Source of the DNA: Dehalococcoidia bacterium
GTDB taxonomy: Bacteria > Chloroflexota > Dehalococcoidia > Lucifugimonadales > UBA3495
Assembly (NCBI GenBank): GCA_034423575.1
Contig: DAOUIF010000036.1
Coordinates: 9,563-73,562, forward strand
Direction of reading: 5' to 3'
Length of the DNA stretch: 64,000 bases
The notes beneath the pieces are model-generated. The model worked only from the letters and a program-made list of their open reading frames with translations, ran no database searches and was not told the origin of the DNA. This document shows positions 8,563 to 16,573 of the stretch, piece after piece. The translations under genes and the position numbers were made by a program. The number at the start of each line of letters is the position of its first letter. Positions within the stretch are counted from its first letter, which is position 1.

Positions 8563-9054
8563 CTATTGGCTGCGCAATCGAGCCCGTTCCCGCCCTTCAA
8601 TGAAGTGCACCGCTTCGTCCGGGCTGACCCGACCCACCGGGCCGCTGGCGTACATGGAACCCAGTACGGTGCCCCCGCGCACAAGCAGGAGTTCGGTGGG
8701 TTGGATGTAACCACCGCGGTCGTCGGACCACCAGGAACCGAGCATGTCGGCCTGCTCCCGGGTGACGCCGTAGGCCATGGGGAAGGTGACGCCGGACTTG
8801 GTGGCCATTTCCTCCACAACTTCCCTGGGTTCCACGCTGGCGCCGATTATCGACAGTCCCATCTCGGCAAGAGCATCCTGCTCTGATTGCCACGCGGCCA
8901 ACTGCCGCGAGCAGTACGGTCACCAAACGCCGCGATAGAACAACACGGCAAGGTAACGCGACGACATATCTTTCGGCAGGGTCAGCGTGCCGCCGTCAAT
9001 GAGATTTAGGTCCAATTCGGGCAGACGGTCGCCCTGTTGCAGTTTCTCAGTCAT
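8563..9054 (-). CDS. AhpC/TSA (Prx-like redoxin) family thiol-disulfide oxidoreductase with in-frame TGA at 8922-8920; candidate selenocysteine U45 in a W-U-P-Y-C motif
   Basis: The track shows only 8563..8901 (112 aa). The same frame continues upstream through one TGA to ATG 9054 (GAGGGA SD, 2 nt after the upstream stop): MTEKLQQGDRLPELDLNLIDGGTLTLPKDMSSRYLAVLFYRGVW-TGA-PYCSRQLAAWQSEQDALAEMG. The TGA replaces the first Cys of the family's FYRGxWCPxC motif. Confidence 0.6.
8868..8919 (-). promoter_or_regulatory. Candidate SECIS-like stem-loops downstream of the redoxin TGA
   Basis: In mRNA sense after UGA there are three candidate hairpins. First, CCGUACUGC/GCAGUUGG, a stem with a bulged U (8919-8898). 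Second, UUGGCC-GCGU-GGCAA, a hairpin with a bulged G (8901-8887). Third, CAGAGC-AGGAU-GCUCUUG (8885-8868). All were folded by eye only. Confidence 0.3.
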
Positions 9055-9056
9055 CG

Positions 9057-9575
9057 TTATCCCTCGTTATCGAGCCTTGCTTCGCCGTTGGGAAGGGCGG
9101 GCCAGAACAGCTCGTACAGCCGGTCGGACAGCTCTTCGCATAAGCCTACCCCGGCGGCTACTTCGGTCGCTGTTTCTTCATCCTCGTAAAAGTTGCTGTG
9201 CAACCCCCGGGCCGTGCGAAAAGCGTTGGCAATCCACTCCTGTGTTGCCGTGTCGCCTGCATCGCCAACCAGTCCACCCAACTCTCGAATCACCGTCCAG
9301 ATGGAACCGTGGGAGTGGATGACCCCGCCGTGCCGTGCGCTAACGGCTTTAATGGTCTCGGCGACCATTCCCCATGCCTTATTGGAAGCTTGGGGCAAAT
9401 CACCATCCTCCAGTAAGTGCTTCCATGCACTCGCCCGGAAATCCCGTCCGAGCTGAGCATATTTCTCCGCTGTTCGGCCGGCGTCAGCCGGCTGAACCGG
9501 GTCCCTGGCGGCCGCCAGGCCCCGGGCCACAGCGTCGGCGACGTCACTGTCAGAGAAGGTCAGCGGCGTTGACAT
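9057..9575 (-). CDS. PaREP1-like (HEPN-superfamily related) protein of unknown function
   Basis: ORF 9057..9629; ATG 9575 lies 2 nt after the upstream TAG. HLLEDGDLPQASNKAWGMVAETIKAVSARHGGVIHSHGSIW and ARGLHSNFYEDE resemble my recollection of the PaREP1 pattern (GD.xQASEKxWGA...H.....LHxNFYE). This is family recall, not a search. Confidence 0.4.
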   Translation of the reverse strand: MSTPLTFSDSDVADAVARGLAAARDPVQPADAGRTAEKYAQLGRDFRASAWKHLLEDGDLPQASNKAWGMVAETIKAVSARHGGVIHSHGSIWTVIRELGGLVGDAGDTATQEWIANAFRTARGLHSNFYEDEETATEVAAGVGLCEELSDRLYELFWPALPNGEARLDNEG

Positions 9576-9577
9576 TG

Positions 9578-10801
9578 CTAGTCGCCGACGGCTTCGGCGG
9601 TGGTCGACTTTAGACGCTCGGGCCACCACGGGTCGTCATATTCGTTGAAGAGACCCTTCATGTGGGGCATCACTTCATTGGCGAACAGGTCAGTGTTCTT
9701 CCGTACCAGTTCAGGCGGCATGCTTCCAATCTGGAGCAACACCATGAGGTGTCCGATACGGAGCATCTCGCAGGCCTCGGTTAGCTTGCGCCGGACCGTC
9801 TCCGGGCTCCCGCCGATGACATGGCCCTGCTCGATATAGTCTTTCCAGCTGTTCTCCTGGGCGGTGCGGTGCGCCTCTTCGCCCATCTGCGGGCGCAGGG
9901 ATTTGCGGATGGACTCCAGCGATCGATAACCGGGAGATTCGGCGAAGGGCGGGTACACCCGCAGCATCTTCTCGTAGAAATATTTCACGTGTTGCTCGTA
10001 ATCTTTTTCCGCCTGCTCGTCAGTCTCCGAAACGCAAACCAACTGCAAAAATCCCAAGCGGTGGGGGTTGTCATCGACTCCACGCTCGGCAACTCGCTCC
10101 CAATAGCCCTTGACGATGTTGTGGCCGCGCAGATAGCCGTAGTAGGACAGGTAGCAATACACGTAGTCCCGATCCAGCACCCAGTCCCAAGTCTCCAGGC
10201 TGCCGGACCCGGGGATCCACACCGGCGGGTGAGGCTCCTGCATCGGACGCGGCCAGATGCTGATGTAGCGCAGCTTGTTGTACTTGCCGTTGAAAATCGT
10301 CGGCTGGTGCTGGGTCCAGGCCTGCATGATCACGTCGTGCGCTTCGGTATGGCGGTCGCGCAACGTGATGGGCACCTGGCCGTAGGAGAACGTCGTGTCC
10401 ATTGCGGTTCCCACCGGGAATCCGGCTACCAGACGGCCGTTGGAAATGACATCGAGCATCGCCATCTCCTCCGCCACGCGCACGGGCGGGTTGTACAGGG
10501 CAAGGCTGTTGCCCAATACGATCACAGCGCCGTTGTTTGTGGAGTTCGCCAGCACCGAAGCGATCAGATTGGGCGATGGCATGATGCCGTATGCATTGTT
10601 GTGGTGCTCGTTGACGCAGATGCCGTCGAACCCGACCTCGTCGGCGTAGCGCAACTGGTCGATGTACTGAGCGTAGTATTCGTTGCCCTTGGCCGGGTCA
10701 AAGTTTTCGTTGGGCAGGTCTACCCACGCCGAGTGGTGTTGCTGGGCGAAATCGTCCGGCAGGTCCTGGTATGGCATGAGGTGGAAAAATGAGACTTTCA
10801 T
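9578..10801 (-). CDS. LLM-class flavin-dependent oxidoreductase
   Basis: MKVSFFHLMPYQDLPDDF..YADEVGFDGICVNEHHNNAYGIMPSPNLIASVLA..GRLVAGFPVGT is a typical luciferase-like monooxygenase family sequence. Confidence 0.8.
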   Translation of the reverse strand: MKVSFFHLMPYQDLPDDFAQQHHSAWVDLPNENFDPAKGNEYYAQYIDQLRYADEVGFDGICVNEHHNNAYGIMPSPNLIASVLANSTNNGAVIVLGNSLALYNPPVRVAEEMAMLDVISNGRLVAGFPVGTAMDTTFSYGQVPITLRDRHTEAHDVIMQAWTQHQPTIFNGKYNKLRYISIWPRPMQEPHPPVWIPGSGSLETWDWVLDRDYVYCYLSYYGYLRGHNIVKGYWERVAERGVDDNPHRLGFLQLVCVSETDEQAEKDYEQHVKYFYEKMLRVYPPFAESPGYRSLESIRKSLRPQMGEEAHRTAQENSWKDYIEQGHVIGGSPETVRRKLTEACEMLRIGHLMVLLQIGSMPPELVRKNTDLFANEVMPHMKGLFNEYDDPWWPERLKSTTAEAVGD

Positions 10802-10848
10802 CGGAGGCTACCTCGGAGGCGGGTTGGCCTGTAGGGCCGGATAATCGG

Positions 10849-10857
10849 ATTTTAGCA
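10849..10857 (-). promoter_or_regulatory. Candidate extended -10 promoter (TGCTAAAAT) for the LLM / PaREP1-like / redoxin operon
   Basis: Reverse complement of 10849-10857 is TGCTAAAAT, about 45 nt upstream of the LLM ATG. No clear -35. Confidence 0.3.
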
Positions 10858-10862
10858 TGAAG

Positions 10863-10903
10863 CAGGCCCGATCCCGCGCGTCACCGGGACCGGGCCTGTT
10901 TTT
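10863..10903. terminator. Long GC hairpin downstream of the alpha/beta hydrolase gene
   Basis: CAGGCCCG (10863-10870) pairs with CGGGCCTG (10891-10898), with an inner TCCCG/CGGGA stem. A TTTTT run follows only in the + reading; in the minus reading an A-run precedes it. Confidence 0.4.
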
Positions 10904-10916
10904 GCGCTCCGCAGGT

Positions 10917-11759
10917 CTAGCTCGCCAGCCAGGACTTTACGGCGGCGATAAAGTCGGAAGGGTTGTCCTCAAACACCATGTGCCCGGCCCGCTCAATGTT
11001 GACCGTGCTGCCCTGGGCCAGGGTTGACACCATCTGATCCGCGGTCTCCTGGGTAAGCAGGTCGGTCTCAGTTCCCCGCACGACCAGGGTCGGGCAGGTG
11101 ATGTTTTCCAGCGCCGGCCACAGGTCGGCGGCCGGGGCCGCGGTGCCGTTGATTCGCTGCTCGCGGATCGCCGGATCAAACTTCCAACCGACCTTGCCAT
11201 CGGCCAACAGGCGGGTCTGACCGGTCAAGCGCCGGCGCATCACCGCCTCCGAGGCGAAGCGATTGCCGGTTTGCACGTGGGCCAGCGCGTCCTCGAAGTT
11301 GTCGAAGTGCGGAGGTATCGCGCGCAATTCCTCGGTGATGCGGTTTCCTCCAGCCGCCTCGATGCGAGGCCCGATGTCAACGATGCACAGGCGTTCCAGC
11401 CTGTCCGGATGCGCGCCCGCGAAGGCCATGCTGTTGCGCCCACCCATGGAGTGCCCAAATAAAGTGAACTTGCCCAGACCGACGGCTTCCAGGAACCCGA
11501 CCAGGTCGGCCACGAAAGCCTCGGTGGAGTAGTCACCGCCCGGCGCGTGGTCGGTGTCGCCGCGGCCGCGCTGATCGAGGGCGTAGACATGGTAGTCGCC
11601 GCACAGTGCTTCCGCGACGTCGGCCCAGACGTTCGCGTGACCGCGCAGGCCATGAAGCAGAACAAGGGGTGGGTTGCCTTCCGTGCCCCAGTCGAGGTAA
11701 TGCAGGTTGATGCCATTGGCGGTGACGGTCCGGCTCCTGGGTTGCACTTGCGTGGTCAT
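10917..11759 (-). CDS. Alpha/beta hydrolase fold protein
   Basis: ORF 10917..11831; ATG 11759 is preceded by AGGAGG. INLHYLDWGTEGNPPLVLLHGLRGHANVW and the nucleophile elbow GHSMGG fit the fold. Confidence 0.8.
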   Translation of the reverse strand: MTTQVQPRSRTVTANGINLHYLDWGTEGNPPLVLLHGLRGHANVWADVAEALCGDYHVYALDQRGRGDTDHAPGGDYSTEAFVADLVGFLEAVGLGKFTLFGHSMGGRNSMAFAGAHPDRLERLCIVDIGPRIEAAGGNRITEELRAIPPHFDNFEDALAHVQTGNRFASEAVMRRRLTGQTRLLADGKVGWKFDPAIREQRINGTAAPAADLWPALENITCPTLVVRGTETDLLTQETADQMVSTLAQGSTVNIERAGHMVFEDNPSDFIAAVKSWLAS

Positions 11760-11815
11760 GTCATTCCTCCTGGGTGTGGTTGAGATGTTCGACACCGAAA
11801 TTGCGCCCACGTTGG

Positions 11816-12604
11816 CTACTTGAGCTGCCAATTGGGGCGGCGCTTCTCGGCGAAGGCGCGAGGACCTTCCTTGCTGTCCTGTGTGGTCAGAATGTAGTCG
11901 TAGGCAACGTAAGTCTTGGCGCTGACTTCGGCGATAGACATGTCCAGGCTGCTGTAGGCCAGGTCCTTGATGGTTCGAACCGCCAACGGGGCGTTCTGCG
12001 CGATGCTCTCCGCCATTTTGATGGCTTCCGGCACCAGTTCATCCGCGGGTACCACCTTGTTCAGGAAACCCATTTCCTTGACGCGTTCGGCCGGCAGCAG
12101 GTCGGCGGTCATCACCAACTCCAGGACGTTGGAAATGCCGATCATCTTGGTGAGTTCCACCGCGAAGGGCGGCATGAGGCTCCACTTGGTTTCGGTGATG
12201 CCCAGGCGCGCATTGTCCGCGGCCAGGCGAACGTCGCACATCTGGGCGATGGACCATCCACCGGCAGCGGCGGCGCCGTTGACCGCGGCCACCAACGGCT
12301 TGACCGGCCGCTCCCACATGTGGGGCTTGTTGGGAGACATGCTGTTTTCGGCGCGAGCCTGCACCCCCTCGGCGTTGTCGGCGGCGCGCTCTTTCAGGTC
12401 CCGCCCGGCGCAGAAGTTGCGGCCGGCGCCGGTGATCACGGCTACCCAGGCCTCGTCGTCCTCATTGTCGAAGTGGTCGATCACCTCGCGCAGTTCACCG
12501 CGCAGTTGTCGATTGATCGCGTTGGAAGACTCGGGCCGATTGAGCATTATGATTGCCACGTGGTTGTCGGTTCCGGTCTTTTCGTAGAGCACGGTTTCAG
12601 GCAT
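11816..12604 (-). CDS. Enoyl-CoA hydratase/isomerase (crotonase) family protein
   Basis: ORF 11816..12787; ATG 12604 follows AAGGAGA. VAIIMLNRPESSNAINRQL..VITGAGRNFCAGRDLKE is the crotonase signature. Confidence 0.85.
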   Translation of the reverse strand: MPETVLYEKTGTDNHVAIIMLNRPESSNAINRQLRGELREVIDHFDNEDDEAWVAVITGAGRNFCAGRDLKERAADNAEGVQARAENSMSPNKPHMWERPVKPLVAAVNGAAAAGGWSIAQMCDVRLAADNARLGITETKWSLMPPFAVELTKMIGISNVLELVMTADLLPAERVKEMGFLNKVVPADELVPEAIKMAESIAQNAPLAVRTIKDLAYSSLDMSIAEVSAKTYVAYDYILTTQDSKEGPRAFAEKRRPNWQLK

Positions 12605-12650
12605 AGCGTTGCGGTCTCCTTGGGTCAGTGATGTTGCGGTCGGAAAAGCA

Positions 12651-12989
12651 TCAGGCATAGTGGCCGAGGAACTGACCACCGATGACGTGTACGTGGCCGT
12701 GGGATTGGCTCTGCAGGCCGTCATATCCGAAGTTGGAGAGTATGCGGAAACCGTTGGGGCAGTACATGCAACCCAGGGTCGCTGCAACGTCGCCGATTCG
12801 GGACATGATCCCGTTGCTCCACATCTCCAACTGTGACATGTGCTGGCGTGGCATCACCAGCAACATTACCGGCACCCAGGTCAGCCGGTTGACGATGGCA
12901 ATCAGGTCATTGTCGAGGTAGCGGATCCGTGCCGGTTCGCGCCCGGCGACGATTTGGCAGAATACGCAGTTAGTGGGTTCCGAGCTCAT
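12651..12989 (-). CDS. HIT (histidine triad) family protein
   Basis: CVFCQIVAGREPARIRYLDNDLIAI and the C-terminal HGHVHVIGG histidine triad. Start is ATG 12989 or TTG 12995. Confidence 0.8.
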   Translation of the reverse strand: MSSEPTNCVFCQIVAGREPARIRYLDNDLIAIVNRLTWVPVMLLVMPRQHMSQLEMWSNGIMSRIGDVAATLGCMYCPNGFRILSNFGYDGLQSQSHGHVHVIGGQFLGHYA

Positions 12990-13216
12990 GCACAAACCAC
13001 GGCACCCCAGTTAGTGTACCCAACCACAGCTAGCCGATGAAGTGGCCCACATCGCCGCCGCAACGCTGGTTTGGGATGCCTGATAACTATACGTACTGCC
13101 CATTTACAGTGTCAACGACGGAGGCCGACCGTGACTTTTTCGCGGCTCAATTTTACTGCCGTGTGGTATCATTGCGCCCGTTATACCATCCCGCACCAAC
13201 CGCTCCGATACGACGT

Positions 13217-13708
13217 ATGTACCGACTCGCAATTCTGACTATCAGCAGTTCCGGCGCGCGAGGCGAACGCGAAGACACCGGTAGCCAGGCCATCCGCGAC
13301 AAGCTGCCCCCTCCCGACTACGAGGAAGTACGCTACGAAATCGTGGCGGATGACGCCGACACCATTGCCGCCAGAATGGCTGAGTGGGCCGATTCCGGAG
13401 AGGTGGATCTGATCGTCAGTACGGGCGGCACCGGTATGGGCCGGCGCGACGTCACGCCTGAAGCGGCCAAGCGCGCAATGGACCGTGAGGTCCCGGGCAT
13501 GGCTGAGACGATGCGGTCGCAGACCCTCCAGTTTACGCCTATGGCAATGCTGAGCCGCTCGGTAGCGGGTATTCGCGGACAGACGCTAATCATCACATTG
13601 CCCGGAAGTCCTCGGGGCGTGGGCGAATGCCTCGATGTTATTCTCTCCGTCATACCCCACGCTATCGAACTCCTGCAGCGCGAATCGGTACAGGAACACC
13701 CACGCTGA
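13217..13708 (+). CDS. mogA: MogA/MoaB family molybdenum cofactor biosynthesis protein
   Basis: ORF 13037..13708; start taken as ATG 13217 (MYRLAILTISSSGARGEREDTG). VDLIVSTGGTGMGRRDVTPEA is the MoaB/MogA signature. Confidence 0.8.
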   Translation: MYRLAILTISSSGARGEREDTGSQAIRDKLPPPDYEEVRYEIVADDADTIAARMAEWADSGEVDLIVSTGGTGMGRRDVTPEAAKRAMDREVPGMAETMRSQTLQFTPMAMLSRSVAGIRGQTLIITLPGSPRGVGECLDVILSVIPHAIELLQRESVQEHPR

Positions 13709-13757
13709 TGGCCGATTCCCCATCCCAGACCAGTTATCAATCGGAGACCGCCGCGAA

Positions 13758-14111
13758 ATGAGCACCAACTCCAACACGACCGAGACCGCGCCTGTTTACT
13801 GGCCCCGTGTGAAGCAACTGCTGGATGACATCATGGACCGCTGGATCGAGCGCCACGGTCGCCAGCCGTACCCGGGCATTCACGAATATTGGTGGGAAAC
13901 CCCGGAGGAGTTGGCCGCGTCAGTCCTCAACGGGTATCCATCCATCGAACCGGGAGTGGCTGGGGCCGAAACCCACCTGGTACGTTCACTTCGTCTGGGT
14001 TGTGGGACGTTCGGCCGCATGCCTTTGCGCGGCCCGTTCCTGTCACGCGCCGAGGCGGCGGAGATCGCGGCATGGATCGATGCGGGGATGCCAAAAGGTC
14101 CCGAGAGCTGA
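13758..14111 (+). CDS. Hypothetical protein (117 aa)
   Basis: ORF 13635..14111; ATG 13758 follows GGAGAC. Trp-rich sequence MSTNSNTTETAPVYWPRVKQLLDDIMDRWIERHG. No family recognised. Confidence 0.5.
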   Translation: MSTNSNTTETAPVYWPRVKQLLDDIMDRWIERHGRQPYPGIHEYWWETPEELAASVLNGYPSIEPGVAGAETHLVRSLRLGCGTFGRMPLRGPFLSRAEAAEIAAWIDAGMPKGPES

Positions 14112-14171
14112 CTATTCTCCCATCACATCGCTGGTGTTCCACACACTCGGAACCGCAGCAGACAAAATGTA

Positions 14172-14204
14172 GGGGCGAATGGATATTCGCCCCCACTGCT
14201 TTTG
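14172..14204. terminator. Bidirectional intrinsic terminator between convergent genes
   Basis: Perfect 9-bp stem GGGGCGAAT (14172-14180) / ATTCGCCCC (14185-14193) with loop GGAT. It is flanked by caAAAAtgt upstream and cactgcTTTTgg downstream. Confidence 0.55.
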
Positions 14205-14221
14205 GTCCGGCCGCCGTTTTG

Positions 14222-15226
14222 CTACAGCAATACGGGTTCCTTTTCCTTCTGGTACACCTGTATCCGGCCACGCGTGTGGTCGATGATGGCGATCTGGCCC
14301 GAGTCGGACACGTGCACCGCGCACGGGTTGGCGAAGGCCTTCTCGAATGCGCCACCGTCGTGGATGATCGCCATGGTCCGTTGCCGAATCATGTCCGGAT
14401 TGGAGTTCAACTTGGTTTTGCCCCACTCGGATAGGGTGTAGTCTCCCTTCAACTGGGCGCGGAAGCGTCCGTCGGGAGCAAGAATCTGAACCCGGTCGTT
14501 TTCGCGGTCGCAGACGTAGATATCACCGTCGTTGTCAACGAAGACGGCGTTGGGCCGCTTGAACTGGCCAGGGCCGTCGCCGCTGGAGCCGAAACTGGCT
14601 TGCCACTCGCCGGCTTGGGTGAAACACTGGATACGGTCGTTTCGCCAGTCGGCGACGTAGATCAGACCATTCTTGTCCAAGCAGAGGCCCCAAGGCATAT
14701 TCAACTGGCCATCAGCCGTGCCGAATTCCCCAAACTGGCTCTTGAACGTGCCGTCCAGCCCGTAGCTCTGAATACGGTGGTTCTTGGCATCCACTACCCA
14801 AACGGTGTCCCCGTCAATCCTGATGCCCGAGGGGCCGTTGAACTCTCCGGGCCCATCGCCAGCGGTACCCCAGTGGGAGACGTAGTCACCGTCTTCTGTG
14901 AAAATGGTGATGCGGTTCAGGTATTCATCAGCGACGTACAGGTTGCCCTCGCTGTCCAGGGCGCAGGAACTGGGCCAGTACATGTCGCCCGGGTCTTCGC
15001 CGAACTTGCTGAACTCGCCAACCAGCTCTTCGTTCAGCGTGGCGACGGTTACATGTACGCCGTCCGGGCGGTTTTCGTAGGAGCGATTGAGGACGTAGAC
15101 CCTGCCTTCGGCATCCACAGCCATGTCCACCGGGTTGCGGAACCCGGTGCCGTTGAACTCATTGCGTCCCACGGAGTGGCTATAGGTAAAGGCGGTGTCC
15201 ACGAGGCCAAACAGATGGGTACTCAT
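14222..15226 (-). CDS. NHL-repeat six-bladed beta-propeller protein
   Basis: Six repeats of the type LYVADEYLNRITIF, VWVVDAKNHRIQSY, IYVADWRNDRIQCF, IYVCDRENDRVQIL and IAIIDHTRGRIQVY. Confidence 0.85.
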   Translation of the reverse strand: MSTHLFGLVDTAFTYSHSVGRNEFNGTGFRNPVDMAVDAEGRVYVLNRSYENRPDGVHVTVATLNEELVGEFSKFGEDPGDMYWPSSCALDSEGNLYVADEYLNRITIFTEDGDYVSHWGTAGDGPGEFNGPSGIRIDGDTVWVVDAKNHRIQSYGLDGTFKSQFGEFGTADGQLNMPWGLCLDKNGLIYVADWRNDRIQCFTQAGEWQASFGSSGDGPGQFKRPNAVFVDNDGDIYVCDRENDRVQILAPDGRFRAQLKGDYTLSEWGKTKLNSNPDMIRQRTMAIIHDGGAFEKAFANPCAVHVSDSGQIAIIDHTRGRIQVYQKEKEPVLL

Positions 15227-15321
15227 AGACTTCCCTCTCGTGTCGGTCGTCGGTGGTCAGGATGCGGCGGAGCTTTTAGGAGGAGATACCCCGCCGCGTT
15301 CGTTGCGTTGCCGATGGTCGC

Positions 15322-16461
15322 CTACAGGAAGGGAACCTTCTCGAAGACGCCACGGTTGATGGGGTTGGAATCCAGACCCATCCAGTCTTCCAGGATGGTG
15401 GCGTAAACCTGGCGGAAGTCCATGTTGGACTTGAGGTTGCCGCCCTCTTCCTGATCGGCCGGAGCCAGGGACGGATAGACGCCGTAGATCCCGCCCTTGA
15501 CCTTTTCGCCGACTGCGAAGGCCACAGAGCCTGCACCGTGATCAGTACCCGAGCCGTTGTCGCCGATGCGGCGGCCGAACTCGGAGAACATGAACGTGAT
15601 GACGTTGTCGCTGGCGTCGTGATCCCGGAGGTCGTTGATGAAGGTGTCAACGTTGGCCGAAACGTCGGTCCACAGCCGCGCGTGGTCGGTGGCCTGGTTG
15701 GCGTGGGTGTCGAAGCCGTTGTAGGGACTGGTAGTGAACAGCACGCGGGTGCCCAAGTCGGCCAGATGGGTCTGGGCGATGTTCTTCATGTACTGGCCGA
15801 CGGTGCTGCTGGAGTACTCCACGTTAGAGGTGTACTTCGGCGGCGCGGTGGCCAGAATGTCGGCGCCGATTCGGGCGTAGGTGCCCGTGGAGCGCAGGTA
15901 GTCGCTGACGAAGCCCTGTCCCACGGTGGGGGCGTAGATCTTGCTGAACAGGTCTAACGCCTCGGCACGCTGGTCATCCCCTTCGATGCCGGTCAGCAGA
16001 CCGTAGGTCTCGAGGTTGCCGACGGAGGCGACGGGCACGCCTTCCTTGGCCAGGGCGCGGGGAAGGCCGCGGCCGAAGTTCACGCCGGTGATGCCCTGGC
16101 CCTCGTTGTTCGGGTCCAGTTCCTTGATGACCTGACCCAGCCAACCCTCGGTGCCGATGGTGTCCGGTTCGCAGGTATGCCAAATGTCCATGCTGCGGAA
16201 GTGGCTGTAGGACGGGTTGGCGTAGCCGATTCCCACGAAGATGGCGAGCTTGCCCTCGTCCCAATACTTCTTCAGCGGCCCCATGGTGGGGTGCAGGCCG
16301 ATCTCGCCGTTCAGGTCCAGGATCGCTTCGGTGGGAACACCCAGAGCCGGGCGAAAATCGCGGTAATGACCGTCGCTATAGGGGATGACGGTGTTCAGGC
16401 CGTCGTTCCCGCCGGAGAGCGAGAGCACGACCAGAACGTTGTCTTTGTTGGTAGAGACCAT
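15322..16461 (-). CDS. DUF1501 family protein (sulfatase/alkaline-phosphatase-like)
   Basis: ORF 15322..16683; ATG 16461 follows GGAGGA. VLSLSGGNDGLNTVIPY, FDTHANQ and GTDHGAGS are characteristic. No twin-arginine signal at this start. Confidence 0.75.
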   Translation of the reverse strand: MVSTNKDNVLVVLSLSGGNDGLNTVIPYSDGHYRDFRPALGVPTEAILDLNGEIGLHPTMGPLKKYWDEGKLAIFVGIGYANPSYSHFRSMDIWHTCEPDTIGTEGWLGQVIKELDPNNEGQGITGVNFGRGLPRALAKEGVPVASVGNLETYGLLTGIEGDDQRAEALDLFSKIYAPTVGQGFVSDYLRSTGTYARIGADILATAPPKYTSNVEYSSSTVGQYMKNIAQTHLADLGTRVLFTTSPYNGFDTHANQATDHARLWTDVSANVDTFINDLRDHDASDNVITFMFSEFGRRIGDNGSGTDHGAGSVAFAVGEKVKGGIYGVYPSLAPADQEEGGNLKSNMDFRQVYATILEDWMGLDSNPINRGVFEKVPFL

Positions 16462-16573
16462 TTGATAGTCCTCCGTTGTGTTTGCCGGTTCGCAGTGAAT
16501 TTGCTTGGCGGGACCGTCGCTGCGCTTGTCCAGGTGATCGGAGCGCGGCCCGCCGGGTGTCAGCGGTTCCGGA

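Noticed and set aside
8563-8901. The 112-aa ORF as a stand-alone gene
   Set aside because: It starts in the middle of a thioredoxin-fold domain, after the redox motif. The frame continues upstream through a single TGA to a start with a proper SD, so it is treated as the C-terminal part of the 8563..9054 gene.
8920-8922. Reading the two in-frame TGAs as evidence for a TGA-sense genetic code (codes 4/25) or as simple pseudogenes
   Set aside because: Several well-conserved genes in this window terminate at TGA at the expected length (fdhA 8533-8535, rex 38421-38423, the gene ending 57648-57650), so TGA is a normal stop. Both interruptions fall exactly on catalytic Cys positions. That placement is not expected for random nonsense mutations, although pseudogenisation cannot be excluded without the rest of the genome.
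13000-13216. Moco riboswitch upstream of mogA or in the coxS 5' UTR (25835-25941)
   Set aside because: The gene context is plausible, but I cannot recall or match the conserved Moco-motif nucleotides by eye. It needs an Infernal/Rfam scan.
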